A DNA stretch of 64,000 bases, taken from assembly GCA_964057225.1 (NCBI GenBank), contig OZ059900.1:9548001-9612000 (forward strand). The letters run 5' to 3'. Within the stretch, counting starts at the first letter, position 1, and the number at the start of each line of letters is the position of its first letter. The notes under the pieces are model-generated. The model saw nothing but the letters and a program-made list of their open reading frames with translations, did not search any database and was not told the origin of the DNA. Made by a program: the position numbers and the translations under genes. Positions 1-13,900 of the stretch are shown here, one piece after another. The DNA is from Auanema rhodensis (Eukaryota; Animalia; Nematoda).

Positions 1-1
1 T

Positions 2-1099
2 CTTTTCTACAAATTAGAACATGTACCTACTTCGGACGACATATTTGAAGTATTTAAATGTGAAGATTGGACAACATCTTCAACTTTTGAAATTACAACA
101 CATATTGTTAAAGATAAAAATATTTATAATATCACAATTCCACCATATTTGAAGATGAATTACTCTTTTTTCAATATGACGATCAATACACAAGACAAAC
201 CTCCTACTCCACTTCATAATTATTATTTTGTTGCTTCAAACAATCAAATCTTTGCTGTTGAACCACATTTTCCATTTATGGTACAATGTATTTCGAAGGC
301 AGACACTTCCGACAATTTTTCAAGATGTACAACGGTTATCGATTGTACTTGTAACAAAATCAATAATGATGTTGCTGGCTGTATATGTCCACAACATAAT
401 TTCACACATTTTTCTCATATTTTACCTCTGTATATGGCCAATACGGAAACAATCTATAAACCCGATACATCCTTAACTTTTCGAACTCAGTCTGATGAAA
501 CTACAGTTTCAATTGATTCTGAACTTTTATATGACAGTAATACATTTTCCTATGATATACCTTGTCGTCCCTTATTGATCAGTCTCTCCGGATGTTATTC
601 CTGTGGGCAGGGTGCATCTGCATTGTTTTCTTGTATGTCATCTAAAGAAACATGGATACCGATCGAGTGTTCAAAAGATGTATTCATGATTAAATGTTCA
701 CCCTTCAATGAAATTACAAATATCAATATTAAAAGAGATAATTCAATTATAAATGAAGTTTGTCATACTAAATGTAATCATGAAAAAATTGATATAATTG
801 TAACGGGACAATTATATTTTAATTCATCTACTAATGAACCAAATGAAATTCATTCCAATCAGAATTCAGTTATAATACCTGACATAATTCCTTTTTTGAA
901 ACTTTTTAAAGAACACTGGATGATGTTTTCAATCTGCGTTGTTTTTCTGATCATCATATGTTTTTTGGGATACCTAGGTTGTACTCCAGCCATTTATTTT
1001 TTCTTGATCACAGCTTTCCGTACTATTAAAATCATAATAGATACAACAACCAAGTTTTTCTTTATTCTTAGAAATCTTTGTTTTGATAGAAGATTTTAA
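2..1099 (+). CDS. env: Phlebovirus Gc (G2)-like envelope glycoprotein, C-terminal part of a BEL/Pao retroelement ORF (5' end outside window)
   Basis: The frame of ORF 149..1099 is open back to base 2 (LFYKLEHVPTSDDIFEVFKCEDW...). Cys pattern CTTVIDCTC, CICPQ and LISLSGCYSCGQGASALFSC matches Phlebovirus G2-type domains known from nematode Cer elements; C-terminal hydrophobic anchor WMMFSICVVFLIIICFLGYLGCTPAIYFFLI; followed directly by a PPT-like tract and LTR. Confidence 0.85.
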   Translation, partial: LFYKLEHVPTSDDIFEVFKCEDWTTSSTFEITTHIVKDKNIYNITIPPYLKMNYSFFNMTINTQDKPPTPLHNYYFVASNNQIFAVEPHFPFMVQCISKADTSDNFSRCTTVIDCTCNKINNDVAGCICPQHNFTHFSHILPLYMANTETIYKPDTSLTFRTQSDETTVSIDSELLYDSNTFSYDIPCRPLLISLSGCYSCGQGASALFSCMSSKETWIPIECSKDVFMIKCSPFNEITNINIKRDNSIINEVCHTKCNHEKIDIIVTGQLYFNSSTNEPNEIHSNQNSVIIPDIIPFLKLFKEHWMMFSICVVFLIIICFLGYLGCTPAIYFFLITAFRTIKIIIDTTTKFFFILRNLCFDRRF

Positions 1100-1207
1100 C
1101 ATTGAACTAATTCCGTACTATCCTTAAAAATCTTACTATATAAGCATCATGGGTCATTATGCGACGGACAACGTCGCAAAAGGCCAATGGCTTAGCTGCG
1201 GCGGCAG

Positions 1208-1509
1208 TGTCGCGGTTAGCGATTATTTTTTATTCTTTTTTCTATGTTTTGTTCCATTTCAGTTTTGTTTTTATCGTTTTCCTTTACTTTGTCTATTTCA
1301 GATTGTACTTTTCGACCCGCCTTCCCATATCTTCATCTTTGGGATCGGAAAATACAAGACATACCTCAACTTACTTCAACGGAGTATAGACGATCTATAT
1401 TGTGTTGATATTGTTAACTGTCTCTTTAATAAAGCATTCTACCACTGACTATCTGTTCTATTAATTCTCAGCGGAATACCGACAACCGAATACCTTCGCC
1501 GAAGCGACA
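1208..1509 (+). repeat. 3' LTR (302 bp)
   Basis: Starts TGTCGC (1208-1213) immediately after the PPT-like tract and ends GCGACA (1504-1509), a perfect 6-bp terminal inverted repeat; internal AATAAA at 1428-1433. Partner LTR not visible. Confidence 0.72.
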
Positions 1510-1975
1510 CAACTTTTGGCAAAAATAAAACATCGCGTTATGTTCTTTTATTCTTTATGTTCAGTTCTAATGTAATCTTACTTTTAGCTTTGTTTTATTA
1601 TATTATACTTATAGTTATATAGTTAATAAACCTTTTTATCTCTCTTACTCTTTGATTTCTTATTTCACAGTAAATCACACTTCATACATTCTTAATACAG
1701 TTCCATACTCCTTCATTCTCTCTTAGTCTCCCCCTCTTAGGTTCTGTTATAATTACTATGAAACGCTAACTAAATTATATAAACTGTAATTATATGGATT
1801 GCGAATTCAAATGCTATTTTTATGAAGAAAAAAAAACTTATTTAACACTACTTCACTTCTAATCAATGCATTTTTTATAAGAGCTAATAAGTAATGAAGA
1901 AACTTTTAACCATATTTCGATATAAAATTTATTAATTATTTTCTTATTACAGTTGTGTGATAGAATGTAAACAAA

Positions 1976-4900
1976 CTAGTAGTACTCAGAAACACATATA
2001 ACACGGCTATCTATGAAATCTGAATGTTGAACAACATTTTTACCAAACCATTCTTTCTTATTGTTTTTCCTATAAAACGAAATGAAATAAAACAATCGTA
2101 TGGTTAATCGACTTTGTAAAAACTTACGATTTCAGGCATTGCAAGTGATAAATTAATTTTAAGCCATTGCTCGAATTATTCGTGGTTGACTTCGTCGAAG
2201 TACTGCTCGAAGAAGTCTCAGTTGACTTTTTCGTTGGCGGAGTTTTCGTTGATGGGGCCTTGGTTGATGGAGCTTTTGTAGACTTCATGGTAGTACTCAT
2301 GTTAGGATCTTTAGTCGACTTCGGCGTTGACGGAGCCTGGGTTGAGGGAGCCTTTGTGGATTTCTTGGTCGTACTCATGTTAGGATCCTTAGTAGACTTC
2401 GGCGTTGACGGAGCCTTGGTTGATGGAGTCTTTGTGGATTTCTTGGTAGTACTCATGTTAGGATCTTTAGTTGACTTCGGCGTTGACGGAGCCTTGGTTG
2501 ATGGAGCCTTTGTGGATTTCTTGGTAGTACTCATGTTAGAATCTTTAGTAGACTTCTTCGTTGGTGAAGTCTTTGTCGATGGAGTCTTTGTGTATTTCTT
2601 GGTCGTACTCATGTTAGGATCTTTAGTAGACTTCTTCGTTGGTGAAGTCTTCGTCGATGGAGTCTTTGTGGATTTCTTGGTCGTACTCATGTTAGAATCT
2701 TTAGTATACTTCTTCGTTGGTGAAGTCTTCGTCGATGGAGTCTTTGTGGATTTCTTGGTCGTACTCATGTTAGCATCTTTAGTAGACTTCTTCGTTGGTG
2801 AAGTCTTCGTCGATGGAGTCTTTGTGGATTTCTTGGTCGTACTCATGTTAGGATCTTTAGTAGACTTCTTCGTTGGTGAAGTCTTCGTCGATGGAGTCTT
2901 TGTGGATTTCTTGGTCGTACTCATGTTAGGATCCTTAGTATACTTCTTCGTTGGTGAAGTCTTCGTCGATAGAGTCTTTGTGGAATTCTTGGTAGTACTC
3001 ATGTTAGGATCCTTAGTAGACTTCGGCGTTGACGGAGCCTTGGTTGATGGAGTCTTTGTGGATTTCTTGGTAGTACTCATGTTAGGATCTTTAGTTGACT
3101 TCGGCGTTGACGGAGCCTTGGTTGATGGAGTCTTTGTGTATTTCTTGGTAGTACTCATGTTAGGATCCTTAGTATACTTCTTCGTTGATGAAGTCTTCGT
3201 CGATGGAGTCTTTGTGGATTTCTTGGTCGTACTCAGGTTAGGATCCTTAGTATACTTCTTCGTTGGTGAAGTCTTCGTCGATGGAGTCTTTGTGGATTTC
3301 TTGGTAGTACTCATGTTAGGATCTTTAGTTGACTTCGGCGTTGACGGAGCCTTGGTTGATGAAGCCTTTGTCGACTTCATGGTCGTACTCATGTTAGGAT
3401 CCTTAGTAGACTTCGGCGTTGACGGAGCCTTGGTTGATGGAGCCTTTGTAGACTTCATGGTAGTACTCATGTTAGGATCTTTAGTTGACTTCGGCGTTGA
3501 CGGAGCCTTGGTTGATGGAGCCTTTGTAGACTTCATGGTAGTACTCATGTTAGGATCTTTAGTTGACTTCGGCGTTGACGGAGCCTTGGTTGATGGAGCC
3601 TTTGTAGACTTCATGGTAGTACTCATGTTAGGATCTTTTGTTGACTTCGGCGTTGACGGAGCCTTGGTTGATGGAGCCTTTGTGGATTTCTTGGTCGTAC
3701 TCATGTTAGGATCCTTAGTATACTTCTTCGTTGGTGAAGTCTTCGTCGATAGAGTCTTTGTGGATTTCTTGGTAGTACTCATGTTAGGATCCTTAGTAGA
3801 CTTCTTCGTTGGTGAAGTCTTCGTCGATGGAGTCTTTGTGTATTTCTTGGTCGTACTCATGTTAGGATCCTTAGTATACTTCTTCGTTGGTGAAGTCTTC
3901 GTCGATAGAGTCTTTGTGGATTTCTTGGTAGTACTCATGTTAGGATCCTTAGTAGACTTCGGCGTTGGTGAAGTCTTCGTCGATGGAGTCTTTGTGGATT
4001 TCTTGGTCGTACTCATGTTAGGATCCTTAGTATACTTCTTCGTTGGTGAAGTCTTCGTCGATAGAGTCTTTGTGGATTTCTTGGTAGTACTCATGTTAGG
4101 ATCCTTAGTAGACTTCTTCGTTGGTGAAGTCTTCGTCGATGGAGTCTTTGTGTATTTCTTGGTAGTACTCATGTTAGGATCCTTAGTATACTTCTTCGTT
4201 GGTGAAGTCTTCGTCGATGGAGTCTTTGTGTATTTCTTGGTAGTACTCATGTTAGGATCCTTAGTATACTTCTTCGTTGGTGAAGTCTTCGTCGATGGAG
4301 TCTTTGTGGATTTCTTGGTAGTACTCATGTTAGGATCCTTAGTAGACTTCTTCGTTGGTGAAGTCTTCGTCGATGGAGTCTTTGTGTATTTCTTGGTCGT
4401 ACTCATGTTAGGATCCTTAGTATACTTCTTCGTTCGTGAAGTCTTCGTCGATGGAGTCTTTGTGTATTTCTTGGTAGTACTCATGTTAGGATCCTTAGTA
4501 TACTTCTTCGTTGGTGAAGTCTTCGTCGATGGAGTCTTTGTGGATTTCTTGGTAGTACTCATGTTAGGATCCTTAGTAGACTTCTTCGTTGGTGAAGTCT
4601 TCGTCGATGGAGTCTTTGTGTATTTCTTGGTCGTACTCATGTTAGGATCCTTAGTATACTTCTTCGTTCGTGAAGTCTTCGTCGATGGAGTCTTTGTGTA
4701 TTTCTTGGTAGTACTCATGTTAGGATCCTTAGTATACTTCTTCGTTGGTGAAGTCTTCGTCGATGCAGCCTTTGTAGACTTCATGGTAGTACTCATGTTA
4801 GGATCTTTAGTTGACTTCGGCGTTGACGGAGCCTTGGTTGATGGAGCCTTTGTCGACTTCATGGTAGTACTCATGTTAGGATCCTTAGTTGACTTCGGCG

Positions 4901-7900
4901 TTGACGGAGCCTTGGTTGATGGAGCCTTTGTCGACTTCATGGTAGTACTCATGTTAGGATCTTTAGTTGACTTCGGCGTTGACGGAGCCTTGGTTGATGG
5001 AGCCTTTGTCGACTTCATGGTAGTACTCATGTTAGGATCTTTAGTTGACTTCGGCGTTGACGGAGCCTTGGTTGATGGAGCCTTTGTCGACTTCATGGTA
5101 GTACTCATGTTAGGATCTTTAGTTGACTTCGGCGTTGACGGAGCCTTGGTTGATGGAGCCTTTGTCGACTTCATGGTAGTACTCATGTTAGGATCTTTAG
5201 TAGACTTCGGCGTTGACGGAGCCTTGGTTGATGCAGCCTTTGTAGACTTCATGGTAGTACTCATGTTAGGATCTTTAGTAGACTTCGGCGTTGACGGAGC
5301 CTTGGTTGATGCAGCCTTCGTAGACTTCATGGTAGTACTCATGTTAGGATCTTTAGTTGACTTCGGCGTTGACGGAGCCTTGGTTGATGAAGCCTTTGTC
5401 GACTTCATGGTAGTACTCATGGTAGGATCTTTAGTTGACTTCGGCGTTGACGGAGCCTTTGTTGATGCAGCCTTTGTAGACTTCATGGTAGTACTCATGG
5501 TAGGATCTTTAGTTGACTTCGGCGTTGACGGAGCCTTTGTTGATGCAGCCTTTGTAGACTTCATGGTAGTACTCATGGTAGGATCTTTAGTTGACTTCGG
5601 CGTTGACGGAGCCTTGGTTGATGGAGCCTTTGTCGACTTCATGGTAGTACTCATGTTAGGATCTTTAGTTGACTTCGGCGTTGACGGAGCCTTGGTTGAT
5701 GCAGCCTTTGTAGACTTCATGGTAGTACTCATGGTAGGATCTTTAGTAGACTTCGGCGTTGACGGAGCCTTGGTTGATGGAGCCTTTGTCGACTTCATGG
5801 TAGTACTCATGTTAGGATCTTTAGTTGACTTCGGCGTTGACGGAGCCTTGGTTGATGCAGCCTTTGTAGACTTCATTGTAGTACTCATGTTAGGATCTTT
5901 AGTTGACTTCGGCGTTGACGGAGCCTTGGTTGATGGAGCCTTTGTCGACTTCATGGTAGTACTCATGTTAGGATCTTTAGTAGACTTCGGCGTTGACGGA
6001 GCCTTGGTTGATGGAGCCTTTGTCGACTTCATGGTAGTACTCATGTTAGGATCTTTAGTAGACTTCGGCGTTGACGGAGCCTTGGTTGATGGAGCCTTTG
6101 TCGACTTCATGGTAGTACTCATGTTAGGATCTTTAGTAGACTTCGGCGTTGACGGAGCCTTGGTTGATGGAGCCTTTGTCGACTTCATGGTAGTACTCAT
6201 GTTAGGATCTTTAGTAGACTTCGGCGTTGACGGAGCCTTGGTTGATGGAGCCTTTGTCGACTTCATGGTAGTACTCATGTTAGGATCTTTAGTAGACTTC
6301 GGCGTTGACGGAGCCTTGGTTGATGGAGCCTTTGTAGACTTCATGGTAGTACTCATGTTAGGATCTTTAGTAGACTTCGGCGTTGACGGAGCCTTGGTTG
6401 ATGCAGCCTTTGTCGACTTCATGGTAGTACTCATGTTAGGATCTTTAGTTGACTTCGGCGTTGACGGAGCCTTGGTTGATGGAGCCTTTGTCGACTTCAT
6501 GGTAGTACTCATGGTAGGATCTTTAGTTGACTTCGGCGTTGACGGAGCCTTGGTTGATGGAGCCTTTGTCGACTTCATGGTAGTACTCATGTTAGGATCT
6601 TTAGTTGACTTCGGCGTTGACGGAGCCTTGGTTGATGGAGCCTTTGTCGACTTCATGGTAGTACTCATGTTAGGATCTTTAGTTGACTTCGGCGTTGACG
6701 GAGCCTTGGTTGATGGAGCCTTTGTCGACTTCATGGTAGTACTCATGTTAGGATCTTTAGTTGACTTCGGCGTTGACGGAGCCTTGGTTGATGGAGCCTT
6801 TGTCGACTTCATGGTAGTACTCATGTTAGGATCTTTAGTTGACTTCGGCGTTGACGGAGCCTTGGTTGATGGAGCCTTTGTCGACTTCATGGTAGTACTC
6901 ATGTTAGGATCTTTAGTAGACTTCGGCGTTGACGGAGCCTTGGTTGATGCAGCCTTTGTAGACTTCATGGTAGTACTCATGTTAGGATCTTTAGTTGACT
7001 TCGGCGTTGACGGAGCCTTGGTTGATGGAGCCTTTGTCGACTTCATGGTAGTACTCATGTTAGGATCTTTAGTTGACTTCGGCGTTGACGGAGCCTTGGT
7101 TGATGGAGCCTTTGTCGACTTCATGGTAGTACTCATGTTAGGATCTTTAGTTGACTTCGGCGTTGACGGAGCCTTGGTTGATGGAGCCTTTGTAGACTTC
7201 ATGGTAGTACTCATGTTAGGATCTTTAGTTGACTTCGGCGTTGACGGAGCCTTGGTTGATGGAGCCTTTGTCGACTTCATGGTAGTACTCATGTTAGGAT
7301 CTTTAGTAGACTTCGGCGTTGACGGAGCCTTGGTTGATGCAGCCTTTGTAGACTTCATGGTAGTACTCATGTTAGGATCTTTAGTTGACTTCGGCGTTGA
7401 CGGAGCCTTGGTTGATGCAGCCTTTGTAGACTTCATGGTAGTACTCATGTTAGGATCTTTAGTTGACTTCGGCGTTGACGGAGCCTTGGTTGATGCAGCC
7501 TTTGTCGACTTCATGGTAGTACTCATGGTAGGATCTTTAGTTGACTTCGGCGTTGACGGAGCCTTGGTTGATGCAGCCTTTGTAGACTTCATGGTAGTAC
7601 TCATGTTCGGATCTTTAGTAGACTTCGGCGTTGACGGAGCCTTGGTTGATGGAGCCTTTGTCGACTTCATGGTAGTACTCATGGTAGGATCTTTAGTTGA
7701 CTTCGGCGTTGACGGAGCCTTGGTTGATGCAGCCTTTGTAGACTTCATGGTAGTACTCATGTTCGGATCTTTAGTAGACTTCGGCGTTGACGGAGCCTTG
7801 GTTGATGAAGCCTTTGTCGACTTCATGGTAGTACTCATGTTCGGATCTTTAGTAGACTTCGGCGTTGACGGAGCCTTGGTTGATGGAGCCTTTGTCGACT

Positions 7901-10900
7901 TCATGGTAGTACTCATGGTAGGATCTTTAGTTGACTTCGGCGTTGACGGAGCCTTGGTTGATGCAGCCTTTGTAGACTTCATGGTAGTACTCATGGTAGG
8001 ATCTTTAGTTGACTTCGGCGTTGACGGAGCCTTGGTTGATGGAGCCTTTGTTGACTTCATGGTAGTACTCATGGTAGGATCTTTAGTTGACTTCGGCGTT
8101 GACGGAGCCTTGGTTGATGGAGCCTTTGTTGACTTCATGGTAGTACTCATGGTAGGATCTTTAGTTGACTTCGGCGTTGACGGAGCCTTGGTTGATGGAG
8201 CCTTTGTCGACTTCATGGTAGTACTCATGTTAGGATCTTTAGTTGACTTCGGCGTTGACGGAGCCTTGGTTGATGGAGCCTTTGTCGACTTCATGGTAGT
8301 ACTCATGGTAGGATCTTTAGTTGACTTCGGCGTTGACGGAGCCTTGGTTGATGGAGCCTTTGTCGACTTCATGGTAGTACTCATGGTAGGATCTTTAGTT
8401 GACTTCGGCGTTGACGGAGCCTTGGTTGATGGAGCCTTTGTCGACTTCATGGTAGTACTCATGTTAGGATCTTTAGTTGACTTCGGCGTTGACGGAGCCT
8501 TGGTTGATGGAGCCTCTGTCGACTTCATGGTAGTACTCATGGTAGGATCTTTAGTTGACTTCGGCGTTGACGGAGCCTTGGTTGATGGAGCCTCTGTCGA
8601 CTTCATGGTAGTACTCATGGTAGGATCTTTAGTTGACTTCGGCGTTGACGGAGCCTTGGTTGATGGAGCCTTTGTCGACTTCATGGTAGTACTCATGTTA
8701 GGATCTTTCGTTGACTTCGGCGTTGACGGAGCCTTGGTTGATGGAGCCTTTGTCGACTTCATGGTAGTACTCATGTTAGGATCTTTAGTAGACTTTGGCG
8801 TTGACGGAGCCTTGGTTGATGCAGCCTTTGTAGACTTCATGGTAGTACTCATGTTCGGATCTTTAGTAGACTTCGGCGTTGACGGAGCCTTGGTTGATGC
8901 AGCCTTTGTAGACTTCATGGTAGTACTCATGTTAGGATCTTTAGTAGACTTTGGCGTTGACGGAGCCTTGGTTGATGGAGCCTTTGTCGACTTCATGGTA
9001 GTACTCATGTTAGGATCTTTAGTTGACTTCGGCGTTGACGGAGCCTTGGTTGATGGAGCCTTTGTAGACTTCTTGGTAGTACTCATGTTAGGATCTTTAG
9101 TAGACTTCGGCGTTGACGGAGCCTTGGTTGATGGAGCCTTTGTCGACTTCATGGTAGTACTCATGGTAGGATCTTTAGTTGACTTCGGCGTTGACGGAGC
9201 CTTGGTTGATGCAGCCTTTGTAGACTTCATTGTAGTACTCATGGTAGGATCTTTAGTTGACTTCGGCGTTGACGGAGCCTTGGTTGATGCAGCCTTTGTA
9301 GACTTCATGGTAGTACTCATGGTAGGATCTTTAGTTGACTTCGGCGTTGACGGAGCCTTGGTTGATGGAGCCTTTGTTGACTTCATGGTAGTACTCATGG
9401 TAGGATCTTTAGTTGACTTCGGCGTTGACGGAGCCTTGGTTGATGGAGCCTTTGTTGACTTCATGGTAGTACTCATGGTAGGATCTTTAGTTGACTTCGG
9501 CGTTGACGGAGCCTTGGTTGATGGAGCCTTTGTCGACTTCATGGTAGTACTCATGTTAGGATCTTTAGTTGACTTCGGCGTTGACGGAGCCTTGGTTGAT
9601 GCAGCCTTTGTAGACTTCATTGTAGTACTCATGTTAGGATCTTTAGTTGACTTCGGCGTTGACGGAGCCTTGGTTGATGGAGCCTTTGTCGACTTCATGG
9701 TAGTACTCATGTTAGGATCTTTAGTAGACTTCGGCGTTGACGGAGCCTTGGTTGATGGAGCCTTTGTCGACTTCATGGTAGTACTCATGTTAGGATCTTT
9801 AGTAGACTTCGGCGTTGACGGAGCCTTGGTTGATGGAGCCTTTGTCGACTTCATGGTAGTACTCATGTTAGGATCTTTAGTAGACTTCGGCGTTGACGGA
9901 GCCTTGGTTGATGGAGCCTTTGTCGACTTCATGGTAGTACTCATGTTAGGATCTTTAGTAGACTTCGGCGTTGACGGAGCCTTGGTTGATGGAGCCTTTG
10001 TCGACTTCATGGTAGTACTCATGTTAGGATCTTTAGTAGACTTCGGCGTTGACGGAGCCTTGGTTGATGGAGCCTTTGTAGACTTCATGGTAGTACTCAT
10101 GTTAGGATCTTTAGTAGACTTCGGCGTTGACGGAGCCTTGGTTGATGCAGCCTTTGTCGACTTCATGGTAGTACTCATGTTAGGATCTTTAGTTGACTTC
10201 GGCGTTGACGGAGCCTTGGTTGATGGAGCCTTTGTCGACTTCATGGTAGTACTCATGGTAGGATCTTTAGTTGACTTCGGCGTTGACGGAGCCTTGGTTG
10301 ATGGAGCCTTTGTCGACTTCATGGTAGTACTCATGTTAGGATCTTTAGTTGACTTCGGCGTTGACGGAGCCTTGGTTGATGGAGCCTTTGTCGACTTCAT
10401 GGTAGTACTCATGTTAGGATCTTTAGTTGACTTCGGCGTTGACGGAGCCTTGGTTGATGGAGCCTTTGTCGACTTCATGGTAGTACTCATGTTAGGATCT
10501 TTAGTTGACTTCGGCGTTGACGGAGCCTTGGTTGATGGAGCCTTTGTCGACTTCATGGTAGTACTCATGTTAGGATCTTTAGTTGACTTCGGCGTTGACG
10601 GAGCCTTGGTTGATGGAGCCTTTGTCGACTTCATGGTAGTACTCATGTTAGGATCTTTAGTAGACTTCGGCGTTGACGGAGCCTTGGTTGATGCAGCCTT
10701 TGTAGACTTCATGGTAGTACTCATGTTAGGATCTTTAGTTGACTTCGGCGTTGACGGAGCCTTGGTTGATGGAGCCTTTGTCGACTTCATGGTAGTACTC
10801 ATGTTAGGATCTTTAGTTGACTTCGGCGTTGACGGAGCCTTGGTTGATGGAGCCTTTGTCGACTTCATGGTAGTACTCATGTTAGGATCTTTAGTTGACT

Positions 10901-13900
10901 TCGGCGTTGACGGAGCCTTGGTTGATGGAGCCTTTGTAGACTTCATGGTAGTACTCATGTTAGGATCTTTAGTTGACTTCGGCGTTGACGGAGCCTTGGT
11001 TGATGGAGCCTTTGTCGACTTCATGGTAGTACTCATGTTAGGATCTTTAGTAGACTTCGGCGTTGACGGAGCCTTGGTTGATGCAGCCTTTGTAGACTTC
11101 ATGGTAGTACTCATGTTAGGATCTTTAGTTGACTTCGGCGTTGACGGAGCCTTGGTTGATGCAGCCTTTGTAGACTTCATGGTAGTACTCATGTTAGGAT
11201 CTTTAGTTGACTTCGGCGTTGACGGAGCCTTGGTTGATGCAGCCTTTGTCGACTTCATGGTAGTACTCATGGTAGGATCTTTAGTTGACTTCGGCGTTGA
11301 CGGAGCCTTGGTTGATGCAGCCTTTGTAGACTTCATGGTAGTACTCATGTTCGGATCTTTAGTAGACTTCGGCGTTGACGGAGCCTTGGTTGATGGAGCC
11401 TTTGTCGACTTCATGGTAGTACTCATGGTAGGATCTTTAGTTGACTTCGGCGTTGACGGAGCCTTGGTTGATGCAGCCTTTGTAGACTTCATGGTAGTAC
11501 TCATGTTAGGATCTTTAGTAGACTTCGGCGTTGACGGAGCCTTGGTTGATGGAGCCTTTGTCGACTTCATGGTAGTACTCATGGTAGGATCTTTAGTTGA
11601 CTTCGGCGTTGACGGAGCCTTGGTTGATGCAGCCTTTGTAGACTTCATGGTAGTACTCATGTTCGGATCTTTAGTAGACTTCGGCGTTGACGGAGCCTTG
11701 GTTGATGCAGCCTTTGTAGACTTCATGGTAGTACTCATGTTAGGATCTTTAGTAGACTTTGGCGTTGACGGAGCCTTGGTTGATGGAGCCTTTGTCGACT
11801 TCATGGTAGTACTCATGGTAGGATCTTTAGTTGACTTCGGCGTTGACGGAGCCTTGGTTGATGGAGCCTTTGTCGACTTCATGGTAGTACTCATGTTAGG
11901 ATCTTTAGTTGACTTCGGCGTTGACGGAGCCTTGGTTGATGCAGCCTTTGTCGACTTCATGGTAGTACTCATGGTAGGATCTTTAGTTGACTTCGGCGTT
12001 GACGGAGCCTTGGTTGATGGAGCCTTTGTCGACTTCATGGTAGTACTCATGTTAGGATCTTTAGTTGACTTCGGCGTTGACGGAGCCTTGGTTGATGCAG
12101 CCTTTGTCGACTTCATGGTAGTACTCATGGTAGGATCTTTAGTTGACTTCGGCGTTGACGGAGCCTTGGTTGATGGAGCCTTTGTCGACTTCATGGTAGT
12201 ACTCATGGTAGGATCTTTAGTTGACTTCGGCGTTGACGGAGCCTTGGTTGATGCAGCCTTTGTAGACTTCATTGTAGTACTCATGTTAGGATCTTTAGTT
12301 GACTTCGGCGTTGACGGAGCCTTGGTTGATGCAGCCTTTGTAGACTTCATGGTAGTACTCATGTTAGGATCTTTAGTTGACTTCGGCGTTGACGGAGCCT
12401 TGGTTGATGGAGCCTTTGTCGACTTCATGGTAGTACTCATGTTAGGATCTTTAGTTGACTTCGGCGTTGACGGAGCCTTGGTTGATGCAGCCTTTGTAGA
12501 CTTCATGGTAGTACTCATGTTAGGATCTTTAGTAGACTTCGGCGTTGACGGAGCCTTGGTTGATGCAGCCTTTGTAGACTTCATTGTAGTACTCATGTTA
12601 GGATCTTTAGTTGACTTCGGCGTTGACGGAGCCTTGGTTGATGCAGCCTTTGTAGACTTCATTGTAGTACTCATGTTAGGATCTTTAGTTGACTTCGGCG
12701 TTGACGGAGCCTTGGTTGATGCAGCCTTTGTCGACTTCATGGTAGTACTCATGGTAGGATCTTTAGTTGACTTCGGCGTTGACGGAGCCTTGGTTGATGG
12801 AGCCTTTGTCGACTTCATGGTAGTACTCATGGTAGGATCTTTAGTTGACTTCGGCGTTGACGGAGCCTTGGTTGATGGAGCCTTTGTCGACTTCATGGTA
12901 GTACTCATGTTAGGATCTTTAGTTGACTTCGGCGTTGACGGAGCCTTGGTTGATGCAGCCTTTGTAGACTTCATTGTAGTACTCATGTTAGGATCTTTAG
13001 TTGACTTCGGCGTTGACGGAGCCTTGGTTGATGCAGCCTTTGTCGACTTCATGGTAGTACTCATGGTAGGATCTTTAGTTGACTTCGGCGTTGACGGAGC
13101 CTTGGTTGATGCAGCCTTTGTAGACTTCATTGTAGTACTCATGTTAGGATCTTTAGTTGACTTCGGCGTTGACGGAGCCTTGGTTGATGCAGCCTTTGTA
13201 GACTTCATGGTAGTACTCATGTTAGGATCTTTAGTAGACTTTGGCGTTGACGGAGCCTTGGTTGATGGAGCCTTTGTCGACTTCATGGTAGTACTCATGG
13301 TAGGATCTTTAGTTGACTTCGGCGTTGACGGAGCCTTGGTTGATGGAGCCTTTGTAGACTTCATGGTAGTACTCATGTTAGGATCTTTAGTTGACTTCGG
13401 CGTTGACGGAGCCTTGGTTGATGGAGCCTTTGTCGACTTCATGGTAGTACTCATGGTAGGATCTTTAGTTGACTTCGGCGTTGACGGAGCCTTGGTTGAT
13501 GGAGCCTTTGTCGACTTCATGGTAGTACTCATGGTAGGATCTTTAGTTGACTTCGGCGTTGACGGAGCCTTGGTTGATGCAGCCTTTGTCGACTTCATGG
13601 TAGTACTCATGGTAGGATCTTTAGTTGACTTCGGCGTTGACGGAGCCTTGGTTGATGGAGCCTTTGTCGACTTCATGGTAGTACTCATGGTAGGATCTTT
13701 AGTTGACTTCGGCGTTGACGGAGCCTTGGTTGATGCAGCCTTTGTCGACTTCATGGTAGTACTCATGGTAGGATCTTTAGTTGACTTCGGCGTTGACGGA
13801 GCCTTGGTTGATGGAGCCTTTGTCGACTTCATGGTAGTACTCATGTTAGGATCTTTAGTAGACTTCGGCGTTGACGGAGCCTTGGTTGATGCAGCCTTTG

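Larger units (their letters stand above)
1..1509 (+). mobile_element. 3' end of an env-bearing BEL/Pao (Cer-like, Belpaoviridae) LTR retrotransposon
   Basis: Order env ORF, short hairpin (1160-1178), G-rich GCGGCGGCAG tract ending at 1207, then TG...CA LTR. Family assignment rests on Gc-like env being characteristic of nematode BEL/Pao elements; gag/pol are not in the window. Confidence 0.8.

Noticed and set aside
1149-1448. Short ORFs overlapping the PPT and LTR
   Set aside because: Phe-rich translations of T-rich LTR sequence with no protein features.
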